64,000 bases of DNA, taken from contig CAVNZM010000011.1 in assembly GCA_963693365.1 (NCBI GenBank), forward strand, positions 2,957,098 through 3,021,097. Reading direction: 5' to 3'. The stretch's first letter is position 1; each line of letters starts with the position of its first letter. Below the pieces are notes generated by a model. That model worked only from the letters and a program-made list of their open reading frames with translations, did no database searches and was not told where the DNA came from. The position numbers and the translations under genes were made by a program. Positions 24,510-34,897 of this stretch are shown here, in pieces. This DNA comes from Amoebidium appalachense (lineage: Eukaryota > Protista > Ichthyosporea).

Positions 24510-25327
24510 ATGCATGCGTGCGTGCGTGTGTGTGCACGCGTAATCCCGGTGCACAATTAGCATGCAGATATGGGTCAGGAATGTATGTAGGAATGCAGAT
24601 GGGAATCAGGAATGTATGTGGGAGGCTGCAGTCAGGAAGGTAATGGAATGAAAATTGGGTTTAAAAATCCAAAGGGACAACGGATTCAATTCACAGGAGT
24701 CTATAGGGGAATGCATATTGGGCTCAGGAATCCACATGGGAATGGCAGCTGGATGCCCGAGGGGAGGGGGAGGGGGGGGTTTGCATACCTGCTCCCGGGA
24801 TGGATATCCAAAACGAGTCTACACCCCTTGTATTCAACAGGCCACTTTGGATCAGCAACCTGCAACAAAAAGCAGAGTGTCAGTTGAGAGCACCAAGCAT
24901 GGCAAGGACAGGAAGAAGTTCACAAATCCAAAAACACAGCCAGCAGCAGAACCTCCCCCCCGAACGGGGGGGGGTTTTGAATGCGTCAAAAAGTACGAAG
25001 TACACAAGAACAAACGGATAACACGATGCAGAATGCAAGCCATACATAGGGGGGGGGGGGGGGGGGAGGGGGGACAGGGAAGTTGAACACATGAGGCGAC
25101 AGAACTACAAGCCAAATAGAAAACAACCAAAGCAGAGAAGGGAAGGGGATGGTGTATGAGAGGGGACTGGGGAGCTGGGGAGGGGGCTGGCAGAGGAAGG
25201 GGGGGCAGGGGGGGGGGGGGGGGGGGGGGTTGAATGTGCCATAAAGTACGAAGTACACATGAACAACGGACAATACGATACAAACTGCAAACCACACGTA
25301 AAGAGTATGCATAATAAGCAGGGGGGA

Positions 25328-25368
<41 letters not shown>

Positions 25369-25806
25369 CGTCCTTGACTACTTACGTAAGCTGGTTGTCC
25401 GTGAAACCAAAGTCGGATATAAGGGTGTGCTTGGCTATGCTCACATCTCGAACCTTCAGTAGAACCTCCGTGTGGAACTTTTCTGATAAATTGGGAGGAT
25501 GGGGGAGTTAGAGTGAGAAGGGTGTGTACCCGATGTAGGATCACGTGTTTGTTGGTGTGCCTGTGTGAGGGGTGGTGTGGCGGTGGTAGGGCTTTTTTCT
25601 CTTATTTTTCTTTTCTTTTCTCTGTTTTTTTTTTTGCTTTTGAATGGCGGGGGAGGAGGGGGGGAGGGGGGAGGGGGGGAGGGGGGGGGAGGGGGGGAAG
25701 GGGGGGATTTTGCAGAAGTTCCACGAACCGACAAAAAGCCTTGAAGGTGTTGTGTGGTGTTAACCTTCTTCTTTTTGGGTTTTTCTTTATTTATTTCTTT
25801 CTCCGT

Positions 25807-25838
<32 letters not shown>

Positions 25839-26093
25839 GGGGGGGGGGGGGGGGTTTGAATGCGTTAAAAAGTACGAAGTACACAAGAACAAACGGATAA
25901 CACGATGCAGAATGCAAGCCATACATAAAGAGTATGCATAATAAGCAGAGCCCATCCTCAGGGGGGGCCCACGTCATCCACAGTACCCGAGTTTCGACCT
26001 ATTCCCCTCGTTAACGAAACCCAACTCAGATACTGTTTCACTTGAACATGAGTAGGTCACCCGTCTTGATCAGAGACGAGCAGGGTTGCTTAT

Positions 26094-26125
<32 letters not shown>

Positions 26126-26338
26126 GGGAGAATACCTACCTATCAGAGGCTTTGTGGTTTCTGGATCGCGAACACTTGGAATCACACTGGATTGGATGAA
26201 CTTGGATAAATCACTGTCGAGATATACGAGAAATTCATTGGCTGAATGGCCGAGACGGGCCAATCAGATCGTCCCCTTTTGCTTCAGATCCGCCTGCAGA
26301 AAAACCATTACCTTCCGTTTTGTCCAATCTGATGTTAA

Positions 26339-26378
<40 letters not shown>

Positions 26379-27076
26379 ACCCCCCCAAAAAAAAAAAAAA
26401 GAAAAAAAAAAAATAAATAAAAAATAAAAAAATCCAATGTTTCCTCGGTTATACTCGGTTATATGTGCACATGCGAACGCACACACCCACTCAAAAAGTT
26501 TGTCCCCTCATTCTTAGATTTCCACTCCCCAACCCATTAATGTAGCAGGCAACTTTGCCTCCTCTTTCCATATCCTGGTGTGATATTCGAAATCACCGTC
26601 CTAACCATAAACCACACTAATTTCAAAAAAAAAAATTGTATGGACCTATAATTCGCGCACGATCGCATAGATTAGCCAAATGTAGGAATTTGGGCGGGAA
26701 GTTTTGGCGCATAAAAAAAAAGTCTTTATAAAACTAAAGAAAAAGTAGGAATATCATAAAAGACACAATTTTTTGAACACATCTGTAATATACAACCACG
26801 TGCGTGTTTTAACACCAGCAAACCCACCCACCCATCACCTCTACCCTCGCAGAGTATAGACACATGGGAACGTCATGTTCTCGAACACATACAAAGAAAA
26901 GTGGACAGGCAAAAGAGCGTCGTGAAAACAAAATCTTATAAAAAAAATTTTTATAAAAAAAAAGAGAGCGAGAAAGAAAACTTACGAGCTGACTGTCCAC
27001 CAAGGTTTTGTCCGGCACAATGGCGTACAGCTGGTGGGTGAACGCTACAGGGAACAGCCTGTGCGTGCGCGCGCGC

Positions 27077-27137
<61 letters not shown>

Positions 27138-27211
27138 TGTACGTGCACGCGTGTGTCTGTATGTGTGTGCGCACATGTGTGAGTTAGTGATTGAGCGAGT
27201 AAAAGAGATTA

Positions 27212-27248
<37 letters not shown>

Positions 27249-28787
27249 ACATGTGTGTAACTGTTCGTGTGACGAATGTGAGTGATTGTCTGTGCATGTG
27301 TCTGTGCCTGTGTGCGCGCGTGTGCGGTGTCCCTCCCTTCACCACCACCACTACCTGCGCCGCCCCCCCCCCCCCCCCCCCCCTCCCTCCCCCCTCTCCC
27401 TCCCCCTTCCCCGTCCTTCACCCCCCTTCACACACACACCCAACCCCCCCACACACACACCCTCTGTTTGTGTGTGTGTGTGATGCCCACCCCCTCTCTG
27501 TGCCACCACCACCTGCCTCCCCGCCTCCCTTCCCCATCCCCCACCCCTTCCCCGCCAGATTCCACACACCGACACCCTCCGTATTCCCTACCCCTCCGCC
27601 ACCACCCACACACCTATTACTCCACTAATCATACTTCGTCGCACTTATTGTCTCACCTGTCTCCTATTACAGCCTTTGGGAACAGATCTCTCAGATGGTA
27701 CAAGGCAGCTAGGGTGTCGCAGGGCACATCAGTGTCGTCATCAGAGTCTACGGCAGCACCGACGCTCTGTGGCTGTGCTACTATCAGGGTTGGTTAAGTC
27801 ACTGTGTTATCAATGGGTGGAATGAAAATGAGGCTTTTATCATAGAAAAAAGATTTGGGTTGAGAATGAACATTTCTGCGAAGAGAATGATTTGTTGTGA
27901 GATCGAAGGTCTGGGGAGACTGAAGATTGGGGTGGGAATGAAGATCTGGAGCATAGAGGGGGGCGGGGAGGGGGGGGGGGGGGGGGGGGAGGGGAGGGGA
28001 TGAGAAGGAAACGAAGGAAAAGAAAAGAAGTTAAGGTGTGACAGAGGGTTGGAGGGTGGAATAATGATGCAAACAGTGGGGATAAATAGTTTGCTACTAA
28101 GGTGGTGTCCGTGTATGTATGTTTATAAAGGTTGCCAAAAGGTATGGGTGCAAGAAATATGCCAGAAGCACAAGACATCTGCTCAAAAAAATAAGCGTAG
28201 TCAGTCTCAGAAATGTGTACTGGACCGATGCCACACTCAGAATCGTTCTACTTCCCAGGGGAGGGGAAGAGGCTTGTTTGCTTCGCTCAAGTGCAAGAAG
28301 GGGCAAAATGTGCCGTGCCGGTGTGTGCAGATCCTTCCAAATTGAACACATCTGTATGTCCAGATGTGCATTTGAGCAACTTATTATTGCCCACTTGGTT
28401 GTGTGCCAAAAAGTGAGTGGTAATATTTGGTGCCTTATACCGTGCTAGTAGTCACAAAAAACCAAGGGGTAAAAGCAAGGAACATGCCTATCTAAAGCTT
28501 CTTACTAAAACGGTTCTGGGACTTGGTGTGGGTGGGTGGTGGAAGAATGACCTATGGCAGGCAGATGCAAAAAAAAGGAACTGGGAAAGGGAAGAATTAC
28601 CTTCGTTAACAATGGTGCTAGCAATAGAGTTATTAACTGAAAAGGGGCTTTGGGTGGTTGTGTTTTTCCTGCCTCCTGGCCGTGGCGGGGGCATCAATTT
28701 CTTTCGCTTGTGGCCGTACACGTCTGGTTTTATTGCCTCCATAACAGAAGGCCGTTCTCCTTTGTGAGTGGGTTCGTCCGCATCCAT
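22970..28787 (-). pseudogene. STK19: STK19 homolog (winged-helix DNA-binding, transcription-coupled repair factor), apparently disrupted
   Basis: Exons are 28787-28601, 27780-27657, 27058-26986, 26293-26140, 25482-25386, 24859-24789, 24269-24184, 23984-23899 and 23021-22970. The translation LFPK..LFPVAFTHQLYAIVPDKTLVDSQLADLKQKGTI*LARLG..FGFTDNQLTLLIQSGLL..SFWISIPGAGLFTKQFYAGRTELLQIIRRNKYKEML..KLPVQFHIADLIGAEIVTCVETAAGRLLRL is colinear with recalled human STK19. There is an in-frame TGA at 26264-26266 and a CG acceptor at 24270-24271. Confidence 0.8.
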
Positions 28788-29201
28788 GTTGTATTGTGAT
28801 CAAAAGAGAGGATTCGTGATATTAGGAACACAAAAGGTTACGAAATTGTCTCAACTTGCTTATAGATTTCTTCGATGTCATGCCTGGTTCGAATACAAAT
28901 GATGGGCGTGTTTGTTAGGCGTGAGGCCACTAGATGTGCAAGCCCATGATGCTACCATTACTTTCGGACCCAACTAACTCGACTTGCAGGTGCTATGTAT
29001 CTTGGGGGTTTACGCTGTTTACTCGAGGCAAAGAGAACCAGTCTCAGGTATGGGGGGGGGGGGGGTTTGCTCGGAATATCCCCTCAGCGGTATATCATGA
29101 TCACGTACATAGATGTCGGGTGGTGACTATATATCAGGGTTTACTTTCTCTACGAGACACCATAAAGACTACAAGGAGAAATCAATTAGTTGGGGTTCCC
29201 C

Positions 29202-29242
<41 letters not shown>

Positions 29243-29274
29243 GGGCTCCCCTCGGGACACTCGGTATCAGCTGG

Positions 29275-29335
<61 letters not shown>

Positions 29336-29355
29336 TGTGTGTGTGTGCGCGTGCG

Positions 29356-32300
29356 CTATAATTTTGTAGTGATGTGTTTCTCAAGCCAATCAATACATCT
29401 AATAAACAGGTCGTAGTTACGCGTGTTTAGTATAAAATCAAGGATGTTGTAATTTACAGGTAGGCTATCTTTCTGGGTGTCTGTTGTGAATGTGACGTGT
29501 GTGTGTTGCGGTATTATGTGGTCTATCAAACTACATTTGGCGATACATGACCGGTTAAACTGGTGTGTGTGTGTGTTGTTTGGGCATGCAAATGATGCCA
29601 CCTTATACTTATTAGATCTCCACTGTATAGCACGTGTACAGTAAAAGCGTGGTAATTGATCAATAATACCATCAGCTAGAGAAAGACCAGTTCTACAGGA
29701 AGGTAATATGTATTTAGGTGTTATACACTTGCGAGTGCCATATTTGGCAATATGGTTGAGGCGGTCAGTATATATAAAACGAGACATAAGGCTTAGTTTT
29801 TCAAGGTGTATGCTTTCATCGGGTCTAGTGTCGTGTGGTATCTTTTTCCATTTGTTATATTGCGTGATTATCTTGTGATTGTGTACATGTTTAATAAGTA
29901 AGTGGCAGTCCAAAGTCACACACACACTATTGCGGGGTTTATTTGTATTTGTGCCCAGGGGAGAAGGGGAGAGAGAGGGGAGGAAAGAGGGGAGAGGTGA
30001 GGAGGGGACAGGTCGGATAGAGAAGAGAGGGTGGGAGGGCAAATACTTCTTTAAGCGGCTTATGTGCTTATTGAATTTCAGCGCGAGATAGGATACTCTA
30101 GCAGCTATTGGGACCAGACCATATATCGAGAGCGTTACAGGCCCAGGTTTACAACAGTTGTTAGATAGAAAGGAGGCAACTTCTGCTTCAAGGAAATTTG
30201 CCAAGGGTTTAAGCGCTCTAGTTCTCTCTTTCTTGATCCAAGCGGCGAGAAGGGGTAAACCATATTCACATGCCGGGAAGACAAAAGTGCGAATAAATGT
30301 AAGTCTAATAGAAGGATGGAGGGGTGTGTCTTTAAAAATATTAGCCGAGAAGAAAGCTAACCGCTTACGAGCCAACTCTACCCTCTTTTCGACCATATGG
30401 GGAAACATAACACCAACAGAATCAACCGGAACACCAAGATATTTGTATTCTGGAACTATAGGTACAGGTTTAGATGATAATGTAAATGTGTGTAAATTGT
30501 TAGCTATATCAGGTACAAGAACACCACATTTGTCTATGTTAAGGATCATAAGGTTTGCCTTGCACCACTCTGACACTACATCGAACAATCTTTGCAGGCG
30601 TCTAGGGGTACGGGCAAGGAGGGACAGATCATCAGCATAGAGAAGTGCAGGCGGAAAGTTATTAATAGGGTCATCGTTTTCGGCGTAAATCTTGACAGCC
30701 AAATCATCTATAAATAGGTTAAACAAAAAGGGGCTAAGCAATGAACCCTGCAAGAGACCTCTAGTACGAGCAAAACCATATGAAAGATGCCCATTAACCA
30801 CAGCTCTACCATAGGTTTGAGACAAGAGTGCTTCTAACAGAACACCAATGCAGTGTGGTACACCCCGTGCAGCAAGCTTTTCCCATAGGAGACCAGGGGA
30901 GACAGAATCGTAAGCAGTTTTCCAATCAATAAAGCCAACATATTGTGCACCAACTTGCATAGAATCGTGCAGTGCCATTATTTGAACATAACATGAATTG
31001 TTTTTACGAAAAGCGGATTGGCATGGGTGTATGTGAAGAATAGATTGAAACCTAGGGTGATGTGCAAATAACCTAAGTAAGCAAGCTTCAAAGAATCTAC
31101 GAACAACCTGGGTTAGTGTAATGGGGCGAAAGGATGATATGGGGCCCTCAGAGTCCTTCTTAACTATGGGGATCACTAAGGTATCTAACCAAGATGACGG
31201 GACATGTCCACATTTAACACACCAAGAAAAGAGAGAGCTTAACATGATAGTAAGATCAGGTTTAATAGCACGATCACTTTCCTTTTGTGGGTAGGAGGGA
31301 ACAAGGATTTTAAGAAACCCAGCAGGGAGTCCATCAGGTCCACAAGACTTACTAGAGCTATAACTAGATATCACAGACCATATGGCATCGGGACTGAAAA
31401 AGGGGAGGATCGATTCTATGGGGATAGATGGGTCTACAGGCCACACAATAGGTTTCTGAGCGGGGGTCCTATCTTTAAACAGTTCCGAGAAATACTTATC
31501 AGAGTCTATGAGGGGGTCTCCAGTGGTATCACCAATAATACGAGCAGGGGGGCCAAATCGATTCATACTAGCAAGCCGGCGCAAGCTTTCCTTTTGAGAC
31601 AGGGGTTCACCTAGTCTAGCGGGAGTGGTGTTTGGTAACAAGAGAGCATCGGGATATTCCTTCCTACCACCGCCAGCATAATCACCGAGATCTATCAAAT
31701 CATCAACAATAAAGTTAGTGCATGTATCTAGTACGAGATGTGAATCTGGCCTGGCTTGTGCAGATTCTAATAGGCGCATATATATAGGGTGTTTCGTAGC
31801 ATAGCATACACATACATCAACTCTACCCCACTGTGACTTAAGCTGGGATAGACGGAGGCGAAAGGTGGGAGGGGGAGGGGGGAGCAGATCAAGGGAGATC
31901 TTAGGTAGGAAAAGGATAGGAGAGTGGTCAGATGACCTAGAGAGGTTAGGAGGGAGAGAGAGTTTTGACATGGTTGATGGCCAAAAGGCCACTCCCCAGT
32001 CGGTGTTGTGGGCATGGGATATTTGAGGGAACCGCAAAGTGTGACTTTGGACATACCTTGCTAAAGGGATAGCACGCTCCGGGGGCTTAGATGGGTACCC
32101 GACACTCACTTGCAGTGTGTCTGTGTGGTGGAGTCGCGTGTTAAAATCACCTAAAATAACAGTGGACATTGGTAACTGTGACAACTCGTGAGTCAATTCG
32201 ACAACCGACATAGATGGTGGGTAATATACAAAAGTAAAAACATTAGAAAGAAACTCTATAGAAACCGAGAATTCCGTTTTTGCTACCGGTTTGCACTTCA

Positions 32301-32550
32301 CTCTCACGTGTGGTGCGGCAAGTACAATAATGCCTCGGTTTTTCGCGTAACCGGGGTGTGTGGATGTGTCGACCAATGTAGAGTTGAATTTGTGGTGGTT
32401 TTTAAACTGTGTTTCGCAAATCACTGTAAACGTGTGGTTGTTTGTCTGTTGTTGTATGTAGCTGATTTTATCGTCGAGTGTCCCGGGGGGGAGGCCCTTT
32501 TGGGGGCCCAGTGTCCGAGCATTCCAGAAGAAGAAGGATAAATTAGGCAT
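29356..32550 (-). CDS. LINE ORF2: AP-type endonuclease + reverse transcriptase (1064 aa)
   Basis: APE motifs: FFFWNAR, ICET, ILGDFN, SDHSPI. RT motifs: KSCGPDG, FRPITL, QSAFR, FIDWKTAYDSV, GLLQGSLLSPFLFNLFID, LYADD, YKYLGV. Confidence 0.95.
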   Translation of the reverse strand: MPNLSFFFWNARTLGPQKGLPPGTLDDKISYIQQQTNNHTFTVICETQFKNHHKFNSTLVDTSTHPGYAKNRGIIVLAAPHVRVKCKPVAKTEFSVSIEFLSNVFTFVYYPPSMSVVELTHELSQLPMSTVILGDFNTRLHHTDTLQVSVGYPSKPPERAIPLARYVQSHTLRFPQISHAHNTDWGVAFWPSTMSKLSLPPNLSRSSDHSPILFLPKISLDLLPPPPPTFRLRLSQLKSQWGRVDVCVCYATKHPIYMRLLESAQARPDSHLVLDTCTNFIVDDLIDLGDYAGGGRKEYPDALLLPNTTPARLGEPLSQKESLRRLASMNRFGPPARIIGDTTGDPLIDSDKYFSELFKDRTPAQKPIVWPVDPSIPIESILPFFSPDAIWSVISSYSSSKSCGPDGLPAGFLKILVPSYPQKESDRAIKPDLTIMLSSLFSWCVKCGHVPSSWLDTLVIPIVKKDSEGPISSFRPITLTQVVRRFFEACLLRLFAHHPRFQSILHIHPCQSAFRKNNSCYVQIMALHDSMQVGAQYVGFIDWKTAYDSVSPGLLWEKLAARGVPHCIGVLLEALLSQTYGRAVVNGHLSYGFARTRGLLQGSLLSPFLFNLFIDDLAVKIYAENDDPINNFPPALLYADDLSLLARTPRRLQRLFDVVSEWCKANLMILNIDKCGVLVPDIANNLHTFTLSSKPVPIVPEYKYLGVPVDSVGVMFPHMVEKRVELARKRLAFFSANIFKDTPLHPSIRLTFIRTFVFPACEYGLPLLAAWIKKERTRALKPLANFLEAEVASFLSNNCCKPGPVTLSIYGLVPIAARVSYLALKFNKHISRLKKYLPSHPLFSIRPVPSSPLPSFLPSLSPSPLGTNTNKPRNSVCVTLDCHLLIKHVHNHKIITQYNKWKKIPHDTRPDESIHLEKLSLMSRFIYTDRLNHIAKYGTRKCITPKYILPSCRTGLSLADGIIDQLPRFYCTRAIQWRSNKYKVASFACPNNTHTHQFNRSCIAKCSLIDHIIPQHTHVTFTTDTQKDSLPVNYNILDFILNTRNYDLFIRCIDWLEKHITTKL

Positions 32551-33727
32551 CGGTTTGGTCCGACACCTGTGGGGTTGGTTCCCACTTGTCGCTTACGGGG
32601 TCGTATGCACGACCTTCCGCCAGCGCGAACAGTTCGCAGAAGAGCTCGATTTCCATCTCGCATCGGCGTTTGCGCTCGAGCAGTTTCTCACCAGAAAACA
32701 TTGGTTCCTTCGTGTCCGTGTCTATCACGCTCGTAGCATCGTTTTCCAACTTTGCGAGGAACTCTTTTGCCTTGCTGATGCGTACACGACAACGTGTGGC
32801 GCACGCATTCTTAGCAGACACTTTACGTTCTTTGTCTGCTTTCTGAATGTTTTCCGGCGCGCATGGGTCGTAGCTTGGGAGGTGGGTGAAGAAGCTTCCA
32901 CACCCCTTTGTCGCGTCACGGATGAACGCACGGTTATAGTCGCCCCGTACTGCTACTTCCAGCACATCGTATCCAATGAAGGACAGACAAAGGATGCGAG
33001 AGCACCGGAAGCCGAGAGCCTTGAAGATGGACCACATGGCCCTGTGTGGGCGTCTGCCGTGCTTGACTTTGAAATACACCCTCTCGTATTTGGGTGGGAT
33101 GTTGATGTTACCGTTTGCTTGGGTGTTCCCCTTAGCCGGCGGTTTGGGAGGGGAGTTGCGGCGGTACTCGTTGCCTGCAAGAATGCTGGCATATGTTTCC
33201 TTGGCAATTTGGCGGAGCTCGGGTGTTTTACGAGAGTTCGCATATTCTAGGAACTCTGCCGGGAGCTGTGCTTCCGGTCCTGTGTTGTTTTGTGTTGGGG
33301 TGGAAATGTCTCCGTCGCGAGATGTTTGCTCATGAGTTTTGGGGTTTTGCGATCCACTAATGTTTAGCTGGGCTGTGAGTGAATCAATGGTGAGCTTGAG
33401 TTGGGTATTTTCTGTTTGGAGTTTTTCTATCATGTTCTTGAGTGGTAACAGCTCATTTAGCTGTTTCTTAACGAGGGCAAGTTCTGCCAGTACTGTATCA
33501 ACCGAAAGTTTCGGCATGGTTGTTATTGTGTTTCTACGGAGTGGTGTGGTGTTATTCTGAATGGGTAGTGTATTGTAAATAGGTGTTGCGCTTAGTCTAA
33601 GGCGATGTTTTTCTGGTTGTGCATCTGTGGTAGGTGTATCTGCTGGACGTTTTAATGGTCGCACATGTGTGATGGGTGTAGATGGAACTTTGAAAGAGGT
33701 TCTGAAACGATTATAGGCATGTGCCAT
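32543..33727 (-). CDS. LINE ORF1 (394 aa; coiled coil + putative RRM-like domain)
   Basis: Lies upstream of ORF2 with an 8-nt overlap (ATGCCTAA). It has a heptad-like segment LAELALVKKQLNELLPLKNMIEKLQTENTQLKLTIDSL and is conserved in copy 2. Confidence 0.85.
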   Translation of the reverse strand: MAHAYNRFRTSFKVPSTPITHVRPLKRPADTPTTDAQPEKHRLRLSATPIYNTLPIQNNTTPLRRNTITTMPKLSVDTVLAELALVKKQLNELLPLKNMIEKLQTENTQLKLTIDSLTAQLNISGSQNPKTHEQTSRDGDISTPTQNNTGPEAQLPAEFLEYANSRKTPELRQIAKETYASILAGNEYRRNSPPKPPAKGNTQANGNINIPPKYERVYFKVKHGRRPHRAMWSIFKALGFRCSRILCLSFIGYDVLEVAVRGDYNRAFIRDATKGCGSFFTHLPSYDPCAPENIQKADKERKVSAKNACATRCRVRISKAKEFLAKLENDATSVIDTDTKEPMFSGEKLLERKRRCEMEIELFCELFALAEGRAYDPVSDKWEPTPQVSDQTDA

Positions 33728-34861
33728 GACATGGATGGGGGTGTTCCCCGGCCCTTAGGGCCACGGATGGCCTGGTTTAGGGGTGGATGCGCGAAGGATA
33801 CTATTTATTAGCAGATAATAAAGAGCGACATTTGAATCGATGTGTGCGACTGAATCGATGTGTGCATGTATCTTGAAACACCAGGCCGTCTAAGCCGATT
33901 AACATTCCCGGGATAATGACATCTTAACCAAAAAAGGCTATTCTGCATTCCACAAGGGGGTGCGGCCTACTTTTCATCGCAACCGCTGGGCCAACGATTA
34001 TGTAATCGTGCATTGAATTTGAAGATCCGAATCGGGTCACACCACGGCCCCGGTAATCACGGCTTCAGAGGGCCGTGCCATAATGCAGCGCTTATCATTT
34101 GTAAATATTATATAATCATATCGAATCGGGCTGAAAGGAAAGCCCGACGGGTATCGCGGAGAAAACTGCTGCACTTGCCGTTCAAACAAAAGCATGAGTA
34201 AGCTGTTTTTCTGCTCCACTTTTTTTGTCTTGTTGTTGTTGCGAGCACTTTGGGCCACTTTGGGCATATTATGAGAACAAAATAATCTAACATATACCTT
34301 CATTTGCAAGGATGGCATACGGCAACTGTTATGGCTGGTAGACCCGGATCCGTTCCGGTTTCTCTCTGTTCCCGCCCTCCCTCCTCTCACTTTTTGGCGA
34401 GCGGACCTCAAGCGTTAGCGTGTTGCTGCTCAGTCCTCGCGACTGTACGGGTTTCCACTTTTCGGTGAAAGTCGCTACTATATGGCATTGCATGGTGCAA
34501 AGCTCTTCATTATAACAGCAGCATCGGCAGCAAAGCACCTTGGAAATGTGGTGAGTACAAGAGCTCTCTTGTCGCTCCGTAACCCCTAACAACCGGCACC
34601 GGTCTCCCGGACGGCCCTGTTTGAGCTTCTTTATGTCCCTTGTTACCAAGTAGTTTTGTCACAACTCTGACATAAAAGGATAACCGTTGTATTTTCTATT
34701 GTCTTTTTGCTGACCCCTCTATTATACAGACCAACTACCCATGTACCTGGGTTCAAACACGACACCTCTATCTAAACGTTTTACCTAAGCCTAAGCCATG
34801 TTTTTCCAGTTACTGTTTTGGTTGGAATGTTTGATACACGTGTGTAAGTTCTTGCCTCTCT

Positions 34862-34897
<36 letters not shown>

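Larger units (their letters stand above)
29005..33865 (-). mobile_element. Full-length non-LTR retrotransposon (LINE, ORF1 + APE-RT ORF2), copy 1
   Basis: Two intact ORFs. A 10-bp TSD ATGTATCTTG lies at 28995-29004 and 33866-33875. The copy is near-identical to 58870-63725. Confidence 0.95.

Noticed and set aside
24570-24750. Degenerate ~30-bp CAGGAATGTATGTGGGAATGCAG repeats (and similar degenerate repeats at ~80-290)
   Set aside because: Ordinary decayed intronic minisatellites with no further structure.
24271-24786. AT-AC (U12) intron alternative in STK19
   Set aside because: It is in frame, but the donor ATGCAA lacks the ATATCC U12 consensus and it adds an extra Gly relative to the homolog.
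26264-26266. Genome-wide TGA reassignment or selenocysteine
   Set aside because: TGA is the normal stop of STK19 itself and of Copia A pol; the homologous residue is Arg, not Cys/Trp; no SECIS was recognised.
33728-33865. Self-cleaving ribozyme in the LINE 5' UTR
   Set aside because: Small GC hairpins are present, but I could not build an HDV pseudoknot or hammerhead core by eye; a covariance-model search is needed.
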